Part shown: one piece after another, positions 27,448 through 36,495 of the stretch
Layout of the letters: each line of letters opens with the position of its first letter
How positions within the stretch are numbered: position 1 is the stretch's first letter
Virus record (IMG/VR): IMGVR_UViG_3300020577_007013
From: a virus
Taxonomy: Duplodnaviria > Caudoviricetes
Strand: one strand, 5' to 3'
DNA: 64,000 nt
Translations under genes and position numbers: made by a program
Notes under the pieces: model-generated
What the model was told of the DNA's origin: nothing
Databases searched by the model: none
Seen by the model: the letters and a program-made list of their open reading frames with translations, nothing else

Positions 27448-27664
27448 CTAAAAGATCATTGACTTCCACAACGTCTCTTGCATCTATCGATGTAAAAGAT
27501 TTTATTCCGAACTTGTCCATAGAAAGCCTTATATAATCGACTCCATTTTTAGGTCCTTGCCACTCCATGACGACATAGAAGACTGTCTGAGAATGATAGA
27601 CTGAAGGCTCATTAGCAAGTCTCCATTTTCTTTCTTCTTCATTCTTAAATCTGACTCTTTTCAT
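27410..27664 (-). CDS. family-B protein (DEYKKKLKSDL)
   Basis: MKRVRFK start plus motif. Confidence 0.7.
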   Translation of the reverse strand: MKRVRFKNEEERKWRLANEPSVYHSQTVFYVVMEWQGPKNGVDYIRLSMDKFGIKSFTSIDARDVVEVNDLLDEYKKKLKSDLV

Positions 27665-27926
27665 AGATGAGTCCATACAAAGTTTCTAAATACTTTAAGG
27701 GAACTAACATAGTCTCGTCTAAATTTGATCCCAATTCGTGTCCGATTGAGAACTTACAGTCTTTATCGTTGTAAATTACATACCAAGTCTCTGGAAAAAT
27801 TTTATGACCTAGAGTAGAGATGTAGAAAGCTCTAGGTCTGTCTTTAGTCTTATCGATAATTTTTTCTCTCATTAAGAATGCTTTTTCAAGCACTAAGGTT
27901 TTGAATCTAATTTTCTTAACCATCAC
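27645..27926 (-). CDS. family-B protein (LKYLETLYGLI)
   Basis: KKIRFK start; similar to 27916..28188. Confidence 0.7.
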   Translation of the reverse strand: MMVKKIRFKTLVLEKAFLMREKIIDKTKDRPRAFYISTLGHKIFPETWYVIYNDKDCKFSIGHELGSNLDETMLVPLKYLETLYGLIYEKSQI

Positions 27927-28188
27927 TTAAGAGCTCATCCAACTTGTCGAAGTATTCTATAGAGACTTGTTTATCTTTGTCTTCTGTCAAATCTTTTCCC
28001 GTCCACATTCCGAGTTTATGTCGACAGTCTTGATCTAAATGAATCGTATAGTCGACTGGGTCCATGAGATATCTTGTAGTAGACTGTACAAAGTAGTCCC
28101 TCAATCCAGTCCTGATATCTCTAATTCCGAGACTTATCAGAAAGTCTTCCTCAGACTGACGATCCTTAAATTTGACTTTTATCGTCAT
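27916..28188 (-). CDS. family-B protein (IEYFDKLDELL)
   Basis: IKVKFK start plus motif. Confidence 0.7.
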   Translation of the reverse strand: MTIKVKFKDRQSEEDFLISLGIRDIRTGLRDYFVQSTTRYLMDPVDYTIHLDQDCRHKLGMWTGKDLTEDKDKQVSIEYFDKLDELLSDG

Positions 28189-28294
28189 CTTTATGTTTCT
28201 TCTTTCTTGTGTATGTCTTCTTGTCTTTGATGACCTTTGTCGGCTTGAGTTTGAATTGCTTTCGAGAGAGTTTTTTGATTGTCTTAGACTTCAT
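28166..28294 (-). CDS. 42-aa very basic peptide with an ArfA-like motif; not in ORF track
   Basis: MKSKTIKKLSRKQFKLKPTKVIKDKKTYTRKKKHKDDDKSQI. Confidence 0.55.
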   Translation of the reverse strand: MKSKTIKKLSRKQFKLKPTKVIKDKKTYTRKKKHKDDDKSQI

Positions 28295-28502
28295 TTACTA
28301 GAGTCAGTACATCACATTGATATCGAAGTCTCATAATATTCTTCTTTTTCTTTTTCTCATAAATCGTCTCACAATATCTGACCTCGGTTGGGCTCAAGTA
28401 ATTTTCTGATACAAGTCTTAGAGTCTTTCTATCTGACTCAATTTCAAATAGCCTTACTCCGAGAGAAGTATTGAAAGAGATACCTAGACAGTCCGTAATC
28501 AT
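28284..28502 (-). CDS. hypothetical protein
   Basis: ORF track. Confidence 0.55.
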   Translation of the reverse strand: MITDCLGISFNTSLGVRLFEIESDRKTLRLVSENYLSPTEVRYCETIYEKKKKKNIMRLRYQCDVLTLVNEV

Positions 28503-28723
28503 TCGTGTATGAATCCTTCGATCCCTTCATATTGAATTCCAACATACTGATAGTTACAGAGTCCATTTAGGCAAGAACAATTTTTAGCACCTTCGTAGGT
28601 CTTTGCTTTACCACCAATCTTTGCAGTAATGTTACATTCAGGAACTTGCCATTCTCTCTTGACAACGTAAGCAACTGTAAAGAAGAATCCAATTGCCAAT
28701 AGACTCAGTATTGCTGACTTCAT
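28499..28723 (-). CDS. small membrane-anchored Cys-containing protein
   Basis: Hydrophobic N-terminus. Confidence 0.65.
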   Translation of the reverse strand: MKSAILSLLAIGFFFTVAYVVKREWQVPECNITAKIGGKAKTYEGAKNCSCLNGLCNYQYVGIQYEGIEGFIHE

Positions 28724-29070
28724 AAGTCTCTCTCAGATCCGTCGACTACGTGCCATTCCCCTTTGTAAAATATTTTCTGTACAGTTTTGACTGGAACATA
28801 CTCGTTGAAAGTTTTATGTTTGTATGTAGTCTTCTTATCTGTCCATTCACAAGGAACTTCTACAACGTCTCCTTGTAAAGGCCAGAAGTTCATCCTTATA
28901 AATGCCGCTACGAAGAAGCCATAACTTGAGTAGTGGACTATATCTTTATTTCTTGTAAAGTACGCTATGAGAAAGACTACAGCTATGGAAGTAATGAGAA
29001 TAATGACAAGCTCAGACCAATCCCAGTTGAAAGGGTTAAGTCTACTTACCCTTCTTGTTGTCTTTTTCAA
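28720..29070 (-). CDS. two-TM membrane protein
   Basis: Hydrophobic segments; C-terminal (F/Y)..G(E/D)W shared with 29042..29407. Confidence 0.65.
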   Translation of the reverse strand: MKKTTRRVSRLNPFNWDWSELVIILITSIAVVFLIAYFTRNKDIVHYSSYGFFVAAFIRMNFWPLQGDVVEVPCEWTDKKTTYKHKTFNEYVPVKTVQKIFYKGEWHVVDGSERDL

Positions 29071-29407
29071 GTTTGACTCCTTCGATTATTTCTCTCCAGT
29101 CACCGTTATGATAGACTTCTCTTATGACTTTATCTGGAACATCATCTTTAAATTTAAGTCCGTAAGCTGAGACTATGCCTTTCTTAGTTGAGACCACTCT
29201 TTTTCTAGTGTCACCATCAAATTCCTCTATAGCCATAGATAGGAGGTAGATGAGAATGTCGACTATGATAAAAGCTATGAGAAAATTGCCAACACTGACA
29301 TTAGAGACAAAACAGACGAGTCCGACAATGAAGGAGACAATGAGAGAGATTGCAAGAAAATGACTTAGAGTGAACCTTCTGAGACTATAAGTTTCTTTAA
29401 ATGTCAT
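29042..29407 (-). CDS. two-TM membrane protein
   Basis: Hydrophobic segments. Confidence 0.65.
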   Translation of the reverse strand: MTFKETYSLRRFTLSHFLAISLIVSFIVGLVCFVSNVSVGNFLIAFIIVDILIYLLSMAIEEFDGDTRKRVVSTKKGIVSAYGLKFKDDVPDKVIREVYHNGDWREIIEGVKLEKDNKKGK

Positions 29408-29422
29408 GTTAAAATATAATAC

Positions 29423-29614
29423 TCATTCGAGTACCTTCTTCACAATTTCTCTACAAAAGTCTCTTCTTTTCTTAAGTTTTTCGATCTCTCTCTTTGTAGA
29501 AAGATAAAAAGCAACTTGTGACGGTGGTAAATGGTCTAAGTTAGAAGGATTAGACACATTGTAGTAATAGTCAAGAAGAGATTCTCTTTCTTCTAATGTG
29601 GAAGTCAATTCCAT
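29423..29614 (-). CDS. hypothetical protein
   Basis: ORF track. Confidence 0.6.
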   Translation of the reverse strand: MELTSTLEERESLLDYYYNVSNPSNLDHLPPSQVAFYLSTKREIEKLKKRRDFCREIVKKVLE

Positions 29615-29874
29615 ACTTCGACATCCATTAAGTCTGTATCATCTACTTCATGAAGAGATCTCATGAAGTCTTCATAATGTCCTTTTTCTTGTTCCAAGTT
29701 TTCATAGAACTTGTTGGGATTCTCTAGACAGAGCTTCATTTCCGAATGACTCAGTCCTAAAAATTCATGAAGTTCTCCGTCACCGAATTCATGCCATTGC
29801 TGAACGTAAAAGGAAAAGTCTTCTCTAGTAGCTTTACTGTCGAGAAATTTTTGTTTAAAACAATTTTCTCTCAT
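29605..29874 (-). CDS. hypothetical phage protein (WH..LHEFLG motif)
   Basis: ORF track. Confidence 0.65.
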   Translation of the reverse strand: MRENCFKQKFLDSKATREDFSFYVQQWHEFGDGELHEFLGLSHSEMKLCLENPNKFYENLEQEKGHYEDFMRSLHEVDDTDLMDVEVWN

Positions 29875-30143
29875 TACTTTCTACAAGTATAGGGCTTTCC
29901 TGTATCTGCATTGAGAGCTGGAACTGCAATGTTCCCTTCTAAATTTCGTTGAAGATAATGTTGTACATTTCTGATGCAGACGACTGAGACAACGAAACAT
30001 TTCCTAGGACCATAAGCGACTTCTTTAGAAATATGATCAACTTTCTTTTCTAATTCTGAGCATTTAGCTTCATACTCGTTAGCCCAATCTTCTCTTTCAG
30101 GTGCACAACTTAGTAGAAACAGTAGAGGAAAGAACCATTTCAT
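29874..30143 (-). CDS. putative lipoprotein
   Basis: MKWFFPLLFLLSC. Confidence 0.7.
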   Translation of the reverse strand: MKWFFPLLFLLSCAPEREDWANEYEAKCSELEKKVDHISKEVAYGPRKCFVVSVVCIRNVQHYLQRNLEGNIAVPALNADTGKPYTCRK

Positions 30144-30480
30144 TTCGTACCTCTCAAAAAGGCAAGTATTCTCTGTTTAGGGAAGGCTGCTGATACTCTT
30201 TATTCTCTCCATCATTAATTCTCCCTATGAATACCGTTATAGAGTCCCGACTTCTATTCTTTTCAAATCCCAGAATTGTTTTCAACTTTGAAAAAATTGC
30301 TTTTTCTTGTTCATCTGAATTATTGTTATTCGCTCCAATATGCCCCAATGCACAGTAAGCTCCATAACTTTCAGTATGGAATTTGTCGATAGTCCATTTC
30401 TTTTCAGGAATAGACTCATAATATTTGATTAGATCTTCTTTGGTCTCTATATTTTTTACGAAATTTTCTACTTTTCTCAT
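30140..30480 (-). CDS. hypothetical phage protein with a probable 1-nt frameshift near 30180
   Basis: Adding one C gives ..YQQPSPKQRILAFLRGTK* with ATGA coupling to the next gene. Confidence 0.6.
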
Positions 30481-30749
30481 ATTACTCCTAACTCCTTTGC
30501 CACCATTCTTACTTCTCCGAATGCTGCTCCACAATTATCATCACTCATGCTAGCAACTTTTCTGTGTAGATCAGCACATTCGATGCATATTTTATAATGT
30601 CGCCATTGATTATGCCAAAGCCCAGAATGATTCTCATAGAGAGTCTTCTTCGGAATAGGCTTTCTACATTCATAGCAGATATGGTCTTTTCTAGCGACCA
30701 CCATTTTGTCTTTGTAGATCGTAGGAAGATCATATCCACAGTCACACAT
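30477..30749 (-). CDS. Zn-finger phage protein
   Basis: CDC..ARKDHICYEC..CIEC. Confidence 0.7.
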   Translation of the reverse strand: MCDCGYDLPTIYKDKMVVARKDHICYECRKPIPKKTLYENHSGLWHNQWRHYKICIECADLHRKVASMSDDNCGAAFGEVRMVAKELGVI

Positions 30750-30981
30750 CTTTCTCTTCTCTCACAATATGAACCATTTTAAACAGTCGATTTGCTCTTA
30801 GCAATTCCTTGACTTCATGCTCGTTTAAAGTATTTAAAGCTAAAGCAGCTGTCTCACATTTTTCCTTAAGGGTGCAATCTTCAGGAACCGAGACTGTGAG
30901 TTGATTTCCGTATTCATTTAGCCTAATCGTGATAGGTCTCACATCTACAAGTTCATGGTCATCTGCATATCCACTATCCAT
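30742..30981 (-). CDS. hypothetical protein
   Basis: ORF track. Confidence 0.6.
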   Translation of the reverse strand: MDSGYADDHELVDVRPITIRLNEYGNQLTVSVPEDCTLKEKCETAALALNTLNEHEVKELLRANRLFKMVHIVREEKDV

Positions 30982-31234
30982 TGGTCCTCAACAGGGAGTG
31001 AATGAAATCCATTGCTTTTATTACTACGAAGTAAACGAGAACGAGATATCCTATGAAGGAAGACACATAGACAGATCCCATCACAAATGATAAGACTCTT
31101 CCATACTTCTTATGATACTCAAGTTTGTTTATGCTTCTATCTAATTTGGATAGAGACTCTCCTATCAGATATCCTAGATAAAAAGCAAGTATAGTAACGG
31201 TTACGAGTATCACTAGTGAAAGTAAATAGTTCAT
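30974..31234 (-). CDS. small two-TM membrane protein
   Basis: Hydrophobicity. Confidence 0.65.
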   Translation of the reverse strand: MNYLLSLVILVTVTILAFYLGYLIGESLSKLDRSINKLEYHKKYGRVLSFVMGSVYVSSFIGYLVLVYFVVIKAMDFIHSLLRTNG

Positions 31235-31470
31235 AATCCTCCAATGAAAAAGAAGAATAAATTAAGATAATCAGACATGGCCTCTATAAAGCAGAACATG
31301 AAAGCCACATAAATAAGAAGAACTCCTACTCTTATGATGATCTCTTCATGAGGTCTGACTTTAATGAGAGCTCTCATCATAGTTCCTAAAAATCTTGTAA
31401 AGAAATAGGAAACAAAGAAAACGATCAGGAGAAAGAATGAAAGATCTATGATGTTACTCTGAGTCACCAT
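31231..31470 (-). CDS. small two-TM membrane protein
   Basis: Hydrophobicity. Confidence 0.65.
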   Translation of the reverse strand: MVTQSNIIDLSFFLLIVFFVSYFFTRFLGTMMRALIKVRPHEEIIIRVGVLLIYVAFMFCFIEAMSDYLNLFFFFIGGL

Positions 31471-32372
31471 TCGTGTATGTCACCTGTTCTCAAAATTCCT
31501 TTGTATTGTGACTCGTCAATAGGAGGTTCTTCATTGTAGTGATACAGGTAGAGCTTCTTTTTGATATCTTCAGGAGCCTGGTCTACTTCAGTCCAGTGGC
31601 TATGCACCCCAGATTTCGGTCCAGTCTCAGTATCTTGATAAATGATGTCTGCTTTATCGTAAAAAATTTTCATTGTGGGAGGCATCATAAACATTGTATC
31701 TGTCGGGAAATAAATGCATTTTCCATCTGAAGATTCAAACATCAGACCGTAAGACGGCATTGATCCCATTCCTGACATAACATGAGTACTTTCTATGGTA
31801 TAGAATTTCCAAGTCCTTTTTCCATCTTGAATTGTTTTCGCAATATTTGTCGTCATAGACCTTATAGTAAAGTATGTAGATAAATTGACTTTCATCATAC
31901 CTTGAATGGTATTTAAACCAGGAGACGTTGCAGTCCAAAGATCTTTCAGAACTTCTTTATGTCCGAACAGTTCAGGCTTACAGTCATCTGGAAGTTCTTC
32001 TTTGAGACAAGCATCTGCAACAGCTAATCTTCCAGGAGTAATTTTTTCCAACCAGTCTTTTTTCCATGATCTCCAATATGGATTAAAGAATGTCGAAAGA
32101 GCTATGCATTCACAAGATCCTTGGTGATCAGAGTGATTATGTGAAAGGAAAAATGCATCAAGCTCATGAATTTTAAGTCCAGTAGAATACAGAAGGGAGT
32201 GTCTCAGATCAGAACCGAAGTCTAGAACAAATCTGTAAGGTCTCTCTTTTCCTATGTCAAACTCTAACAAAAAATTAGACTGAAACTTAGGTTTGTAACA
32301 TTTCCCTTTATCTGTTTCGACTACTTCCCCAGTAGCGAAAGCGCTGTTAACTCCAAGAGCTGTGACTTTCAT
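31464..32372 (-). CDS. MBL-fold hydrolase, Apyc1-like (anti-Pycsar cyclic nucleotide phosphodiesterase)
   Basis: LG..SAF, SHNHSDH, LSTYFTIRS, THV, DT, SGVH, LYHY. Confidence 0.75.
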   Translation of the reverse strand: MKVTALGVNSAFATGEVVETDKGKCYKPKFQSNFLLEFDIGKERPYRFVLDFGSDLRHSLLYSTGLKIHELDAFFLSHNHSDHQGSCECIALSTFFNPYWRSWKKDWLEKITPGRLAVADACLKEELPDDCKPELFGHKEVLKDLWTATSPGLNTIQGMMKVNLSTYFTIRSMTTNIAKTIQDGKRTWKFYTIESTHVMSGMGSMPSYGLMFESSDGKCIYFPTDTMFMMPPTMKIFYDKADIIYQDTETGPKSGVHSHWTEVDQAPEDIKKKLYLYHYNEEPPIDESQYKGILRTGDIHEW

Positions 32373-32433
32373 TAAATCTCCATTTTACAAGATCTTTCAA
32401 TAGTTAGATATAATAATGAAAAGAGACTTTCAG

Positions 32434-32446
32434 ACTAATTACTATG
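32434..32446 (+). promoter_or_regulatory. ACTAA-N5-ATG candidate late promoter
   Basis: ACTAATTACTATG at a divergent start. Confidence 0.6.
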
Positions 32447-33829
32447 GACAATGTGAGAGACATATCTGAAATAGAAATAGAGAAATTAAAAGATCTCATT
32501 AGAAATGAGATAATGACAGAAAATGAAAAGATGAGAAATCCAAATTTTTGGAAAGACTCTAAGTATGAAAAAGTGAGAGAGCAAATAAAAGGTCTCACTG
32601 ATTTTATGGAAGAAGAATTTGGATATTCAATTAGATGCAGCCATGTTCTGAACGACTCTAAAGAATGGAGAAAATGTGGAGGATGTAAAAAAGAGCTTAA
32701 GAAAAAATTCAAGATAGACTATTGCAGTAAAAAATGTAGACTCATAGGAGATCCTGAGTATAAAAAAGCTTATGGAAAGAGCATAAGTGAAGGAAAGAAA
32801 AAATCATTTAAAGAAATGCCTTATAGACAGTTTACTCTTGACTGGTTTACTTGGAAGTATGGAGAAGAAGAAGGATCAAGAAGATACCAAAAAAGAAACT
32901 CTAAAGTAGGTCTTACTAAAGAGAATCTCATTAAAAAATACGGAGAAGAAGAAGGTTTGAAAAAACACGAGGTATATCGTTTTAATTGGGTTGCGTCTTT
33001 AGAAAAATCGATTAAAAAATACGGAGAAGAGGAGGGGACGAAAAGATATAATGAGACCTTAAGGAAGAGAAGTCAAAGCTTAGAAAGATTCATAGAAGTC
33101 TATGGAGAAAAGGAAGGAAGAAAAAGGTTTCAACAATTTTTAGATAACTTAAGTCATTCTAACTCATTGGAAGGGAAAATAGAAAAATTTGGTTTAGAAG
33201 AAGGAACAAGAAAGTATAATGAGTTCATAGAAAAGAAAGCTATGACCCCTGAATTATTTATAAACAAATACGGACCTGAAGAAGGATTAAAAAGATATGA
33301 AGATTGGAAAAGTCTTTCAGGCTTTAAAATCAAGTCCTATATAGAAAAATATGGAAAAGAGGAAGGGACGAAGAGATTCTTTGAAATGGTCAATAAATCG
33401 AGAGGAAATGCTAAAATTACGGTCTCAAAAAGTTCTCAAAAGTTCTTTAATAGACTCTACAAAAAGTTAAATAAGAGCTTAAGAGATCAAGTCAGATATC
33501 ATTCACTTAATGGAGAAAAAGAAGTTATTGAGTCTTCTATAAAGTATTATTTATTAGACTTCTGTTTGACAGAAAAGAGACTTGTTATAGAGTACAATGG
33601 AAGTTATTGGCATGCAAATCCAGAAAAATATGATGAGACATTCGTAAATAAGACTACAGGAAAAACTGCAGAAGAAATTTGGGAATCAGACAAAAGAAAA
33701 ATTGAGTTCTTAGAGTCTGAGGGATATAAAGTAAAAATAATTTGGGAATCAGATTGGATGAAAAAGAAAGACAGAAAATACAATCAAAAGAGAATTATTC
33801 AAGAATGTCTCAAATTCCTAGAATCTTAA
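32444..33829 (+). CDS. Hef-like homing endonuclease: seven KYGEEEG-type repeats plus a C-terminal Vsr/DUF559-type nuclease
   Basis: LDF...K.LVIEYNGSYWH..D..K...L...GYKV.IIWESDW; CxxC..CSxxC. Confidence 0.75.
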   Translation: MDNVRDISEIEIEKLKDLIRNEIMTENEKMRNPNFWKDSKYEKVREQIKGLTDFMEEEFGYSIRCSHVLNDSKEWRKCGGCKKELKKKFKIDYCSKKCRLIGDPEYKKAYGKSISEGKKKSFKEMPYRQFTLDWFTWKYGEEEGSRRYQKRNSKVGLTKENLIKKYGEEEGLKKHEVYRFNWVASLEKSIKKYGEEEGTKRYNETLRKRSQSLERFIEVYGEKEGRKRFQQFLDNLSHSNSLEGKIEKFGLEEGTRKYNEFIEKKAMTPELFINKYGPEEGLKRYEDWKSLSGFKIKSYIEKYGKEEGTKRFFEMVNKSRGNAKITVSKSSQKFFNRLYKKLNKSLRDQVRYHSLNGEKEVIESSIKYYLLDFCLTEKRLVIEYNGSYWHANPEKYDETFVNKTTGKTAEEIWESDKRKIEFLESEGYKVKIIWESDWMKKKDRKYNQKRIIQECLKFLES

Positions 33830-34503
33830 GATTTTAACACAGAAGCTAGATCGACTCTACAAAATTCGAAGATAAATCGAAATAAATCATCATATTGACA
33901 CATTACTTCGAAGGTCTTATGAGTAGAGAATTTGAACATACGATTGAGTTCTTCATAGATTCTCTCTCTTGAAATGTTGCTTATAAGAGCATAATCAGTG
34001 AGAAGTACTCGTTCGATGTCTTCAGTGAGGATAAAGTCTTTAGTAATGGAGAATCTTAAAGCTCTTAACATTCGAAGAGAGTCTTCTTTAAGTCGGTCAG
34101 TCGAACCCACGCAACGTATGATTCGATCTTCGATATCCTGTCTACCATTGAATGGATCAAGTACTTCTCTTGTCTCTATATCAATAGCAATGGCATTCAT
34201 AGTAAAGTCTCGTCTAGCTAAATCATCTTGAATGGTTCCGATTTCTACAGTGTCAGGCCTACGGCCGTCTGAATAGTGACTATCCTTTCTACAAAGAACG
34301 AAGTCAGCATCTTCACCGTTTAGATTTCCTCTAATTGTGAGATACTTTTCACTGTTCGGAATCTGATAGATTTTGACTCCCATTTTTTCAAGAGTCTCTT
34401 TCATCTCTCCAAAGGAGTTTGCTTCTACAGAGTAGTCGATATCTTTAGACTCTAGACCGAGAATTTGATCTCTGACACAGCCACCTACTTTATAGAGCTT
34501 CAT
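33826..34503 (-). CDS. cca: CCA-adding enzyme / poly(A) polymerase-family tRNA nucleotidyltransferase
   Basis: VGGCVRD..LG...KDIDY; DLARRDFTMNA; EDSLRMLRALRF. Confidence 0.9.
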   Translation of the reverse strand: MKLYKVGGCVRDQILGLESKDIDYSVEANSFGEMKETLEKMGVKIYQIPNSEKYLTIRGNLNGEDADFVLCRKDSHYSDGRRPDTVEIGTIQDDLARRDFTMNAIAIDIETREVLDPFNGRQDIEDRIIRCVGSTDRLKEDSLRMLRALRFSITKDFILTEDIERVLLTDYALISNISRERIYEELNRMFKFSTHKTFEVMCQYDDLFRFIFEFCRVDLASVLKS

Positions 34504-34811
34504 ATTTCATCTGCTGGTTCTGGAGGAAAAGCATATCCAGAGATCATTGCATATTTTGCTGGATGCATATAGAAGCCTACAGGCTGCTCTTCGTCTTCTT
34601 TTTTCAGTCGTTCAATGTGTTTCCTTATCCATTTCATGAACAACATTGCTCTGTCTTCTGACAAGAACTTAGCTCCCTCTGTGTCTGCTACAGGAACAGG
34701 GAATTCAAATCCTGAAGTCGTTTTGTACCAAAGCTCGTTGTTCTGAAGATAGATGAAGTTCACTCTCTTGTCTTCACCTACGACTTCATCCTTAAGGTTA
34801 GATATTATCAT
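34500..34811 (-). CDS. conserved phage protein (FEFPVP..D..A.F..D.A..FMKWIRK)
   Basis: ORF track. Confidence 0.7.
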   Translation of the reverse strand: MIISNLKDEVVGEDKRVNFIYLQNNELWYKTTSGFEFPVPVADTEGAKFLSEDRAMLFMKWIRKHIERLKKEDEEQPVGFYMHPAKYAMISGYAFPPEPADEI

Positions 34812-35475
34812 TTTTAAAGTTCCTTAATTTTGTCGCTGCAGATTGATAATTCCACTTCGTGTCTTTAAGAACAGAAGAACAGAGAAGTCTTTCCATTCCT
34901 ATCTCTTTGTGGAGTTTTTCGATCATCTGAGTCTTCTTAATCTGAGTCAGAGGAGTTTTCTTCTTCTTAATGAATGCATTTAAATCTGTCGTAATTTTTA
35001 CAAGAGTCGATTTGTCAAGAGTCTTTAGCTCATCGAATTTCTTATAGATCTCTTGCCTTAATCCCGTAAATTTCTTTTTAAGCTCTTTCAATTCTTCAAT
35101 AATTTTTTCATTCTCTTCACATTTTGGAAAAAACTTATTTTCTTCTACTGAGTCATGGTTTGAAGAAGTAAGATTTAGTCTTCCAGGTCTGTAAAAATCA
35201 TCTTTTACTTTAAATAACTTCGGATCAAGTCCTTCTCTGTAGAACGACGAACGATTTTGATCAATGAAAAAATCAAGTGACAGACAGTAACCTTCAATTG
35301 GCTCATAGTTACTGACTTGAAGAGCTTCATCAATTTTCTTCTTGACTTCATGGAGTTGACTTTCACTTATTCGCTTCGACCCTTTTCCAGAGACCTTTAT
35401 CTCACAATTCCAAGAAGCACTATACGGACTTTCATAGTAAGTAATTGTGAATCCTTTGTATTTTTCTTTTATCAT
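34798..35475 (-). CDS. protein with C-terminal EF-Ts N-domain (UBA)-like helices
   Basis: IEKLHKEIGMERLLCSSVLKDTKWNYQSAATKLR. Confidence 0.5.
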   Translation of the reverse strand: MIKEKYKGFTITYYESPYSASWNCEIKVSGKGSKRISESQLHEVKKKIDEALQVSNYEPIEGYCLSLDFFIDQNRSSFYREGLDPKLFKVKDDFYRPGRLNLTSSNHDSVEENKFFPKCEENEKIIEELKELKKKFTGLRQEIYKKFDELKTLDKSTLVKITTDLNAFIKKKKTPLTQIKKTQMIEKLHKEIGMERLLCSSVLKDTKWNYQSAATKLRNFKNDNI

Positions 35476-36494
35476 TCTTTTTCTCCTAAGAGAAACTTGT
35501 TACTGATCACCTTAAACTTGACCATTTCTCCATTGAACTTCTCTGTTGATCTGAAAACGAGTCCTTCTCTTACTTTATTGTTCAATGACTCTCCGTCTGC
35601 GTATTCAAGTAGAGACTGCATGGTAAAGTCTTTCAGTCTAATGCGACCGAGAATAGGAACTGTTCTGATTGTAGGCTCCTTTTCCTGTAAGACTTTAAAG
35701 AATTTTTCTCTGTCATCTGGAAGCAAATATTCCCTTTTGCTTATGTCGAATACATCGAAGAGAAAGAGTTCATTCTGAGTAAGTCCTTCTCTATTTCCTT
35801 GAATTCCAGTTCCCATCAGTTCACCTTGAACTGCAAAACCTTCTGGAAGAATGTCAAGTATCTTGTATTTTCTAGCAGCTTGCCAGAATTTGTTTCCTTC
35901 TGTCTCTTTTAGGTCAATATTCCTAGAACAGACACCTAGAGCTTGTTCCCAATTGTAGCTTGTAAATGAAGAGCCGTCTAACTTAAGAGTCGCTTCAAAT
36001 TCAAGCTCCTGAATTTTGGGCCACAACTTTGTCATGTTCTGAATTCTTTCAGCGTCTGTCTTAATAATGAATGAAGGAAAATTACCTTTAGCTTCACCAG
36101 ATAGTTGACCTGGAATAGGAGCTTCATATTTGACGACGTTGAGAATTTCAGTTACGTCCATATCTTCTTCAGGTACAATTCCTTCTGGAAGAATAGAGAT
36201 TGGAAAGATCATTCCTTGAGAAAGTTCTCCACGTAATTTGATTGTCTTAATACGGAATCCTTCTCTGCCATCAGCAAGAATCTTGAAGCAATTTTTTCTC
36301 AGGAATTCGTATTCAGGAGAAACCGGAAGATGTGAGTCTATCTCGAAGTATATGCAAAGATCACCGGTTTTGAAGCCATTTGTTTTTGCAGTCACGCATT
36401 GCCACCCACCTATAACAGCTATATCTAAGCTATCAGCATTATTGTGCTTCTTTATTTCGTCGATCCTTCTTATTGACGCTAATTTACGTTCCAT
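35472..36494 (-). CDS. ATP-dependent RNA ligase, DRB0094 family (Rnl2-like)
   Basis: N-terminal OB-like RKLASI..H.NAD; KLDGSS, QGEL.G, FD, REGLVF, FKVIS..FL. Confidence 0.9.
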   Translation of the reverse strand: MERKLASIRRIDEIKKHNNADSLDIAVIGGWQCVTAKTNGFKTGDLCIYFEIDSHLPVSPEYEFLRKNCFKILADGREGFRIKTIKLRGELSQGMIFPISILPEGIVPEEDMDVTEILNVVKYEAPIPGQLSGEAKGNFPSFIIKTDAERIQNMTKLWPKIQELEFEATLKLDGSSFTSYNWEQALGVCSRNIDLKETEGNKFWQAARKYKILDILPEGFAVQGELMGTGIQGNREGLTQNELFLFDVFDISKREYLLPDDREKFFKVLQEKEPTIRTVPILGRIRLKDFTMQSLLEYADGESLNNKVREGLVFRSTEKFNGEMVKFKVISNKFLLGEKE

Positions 36495-36495
36495 A

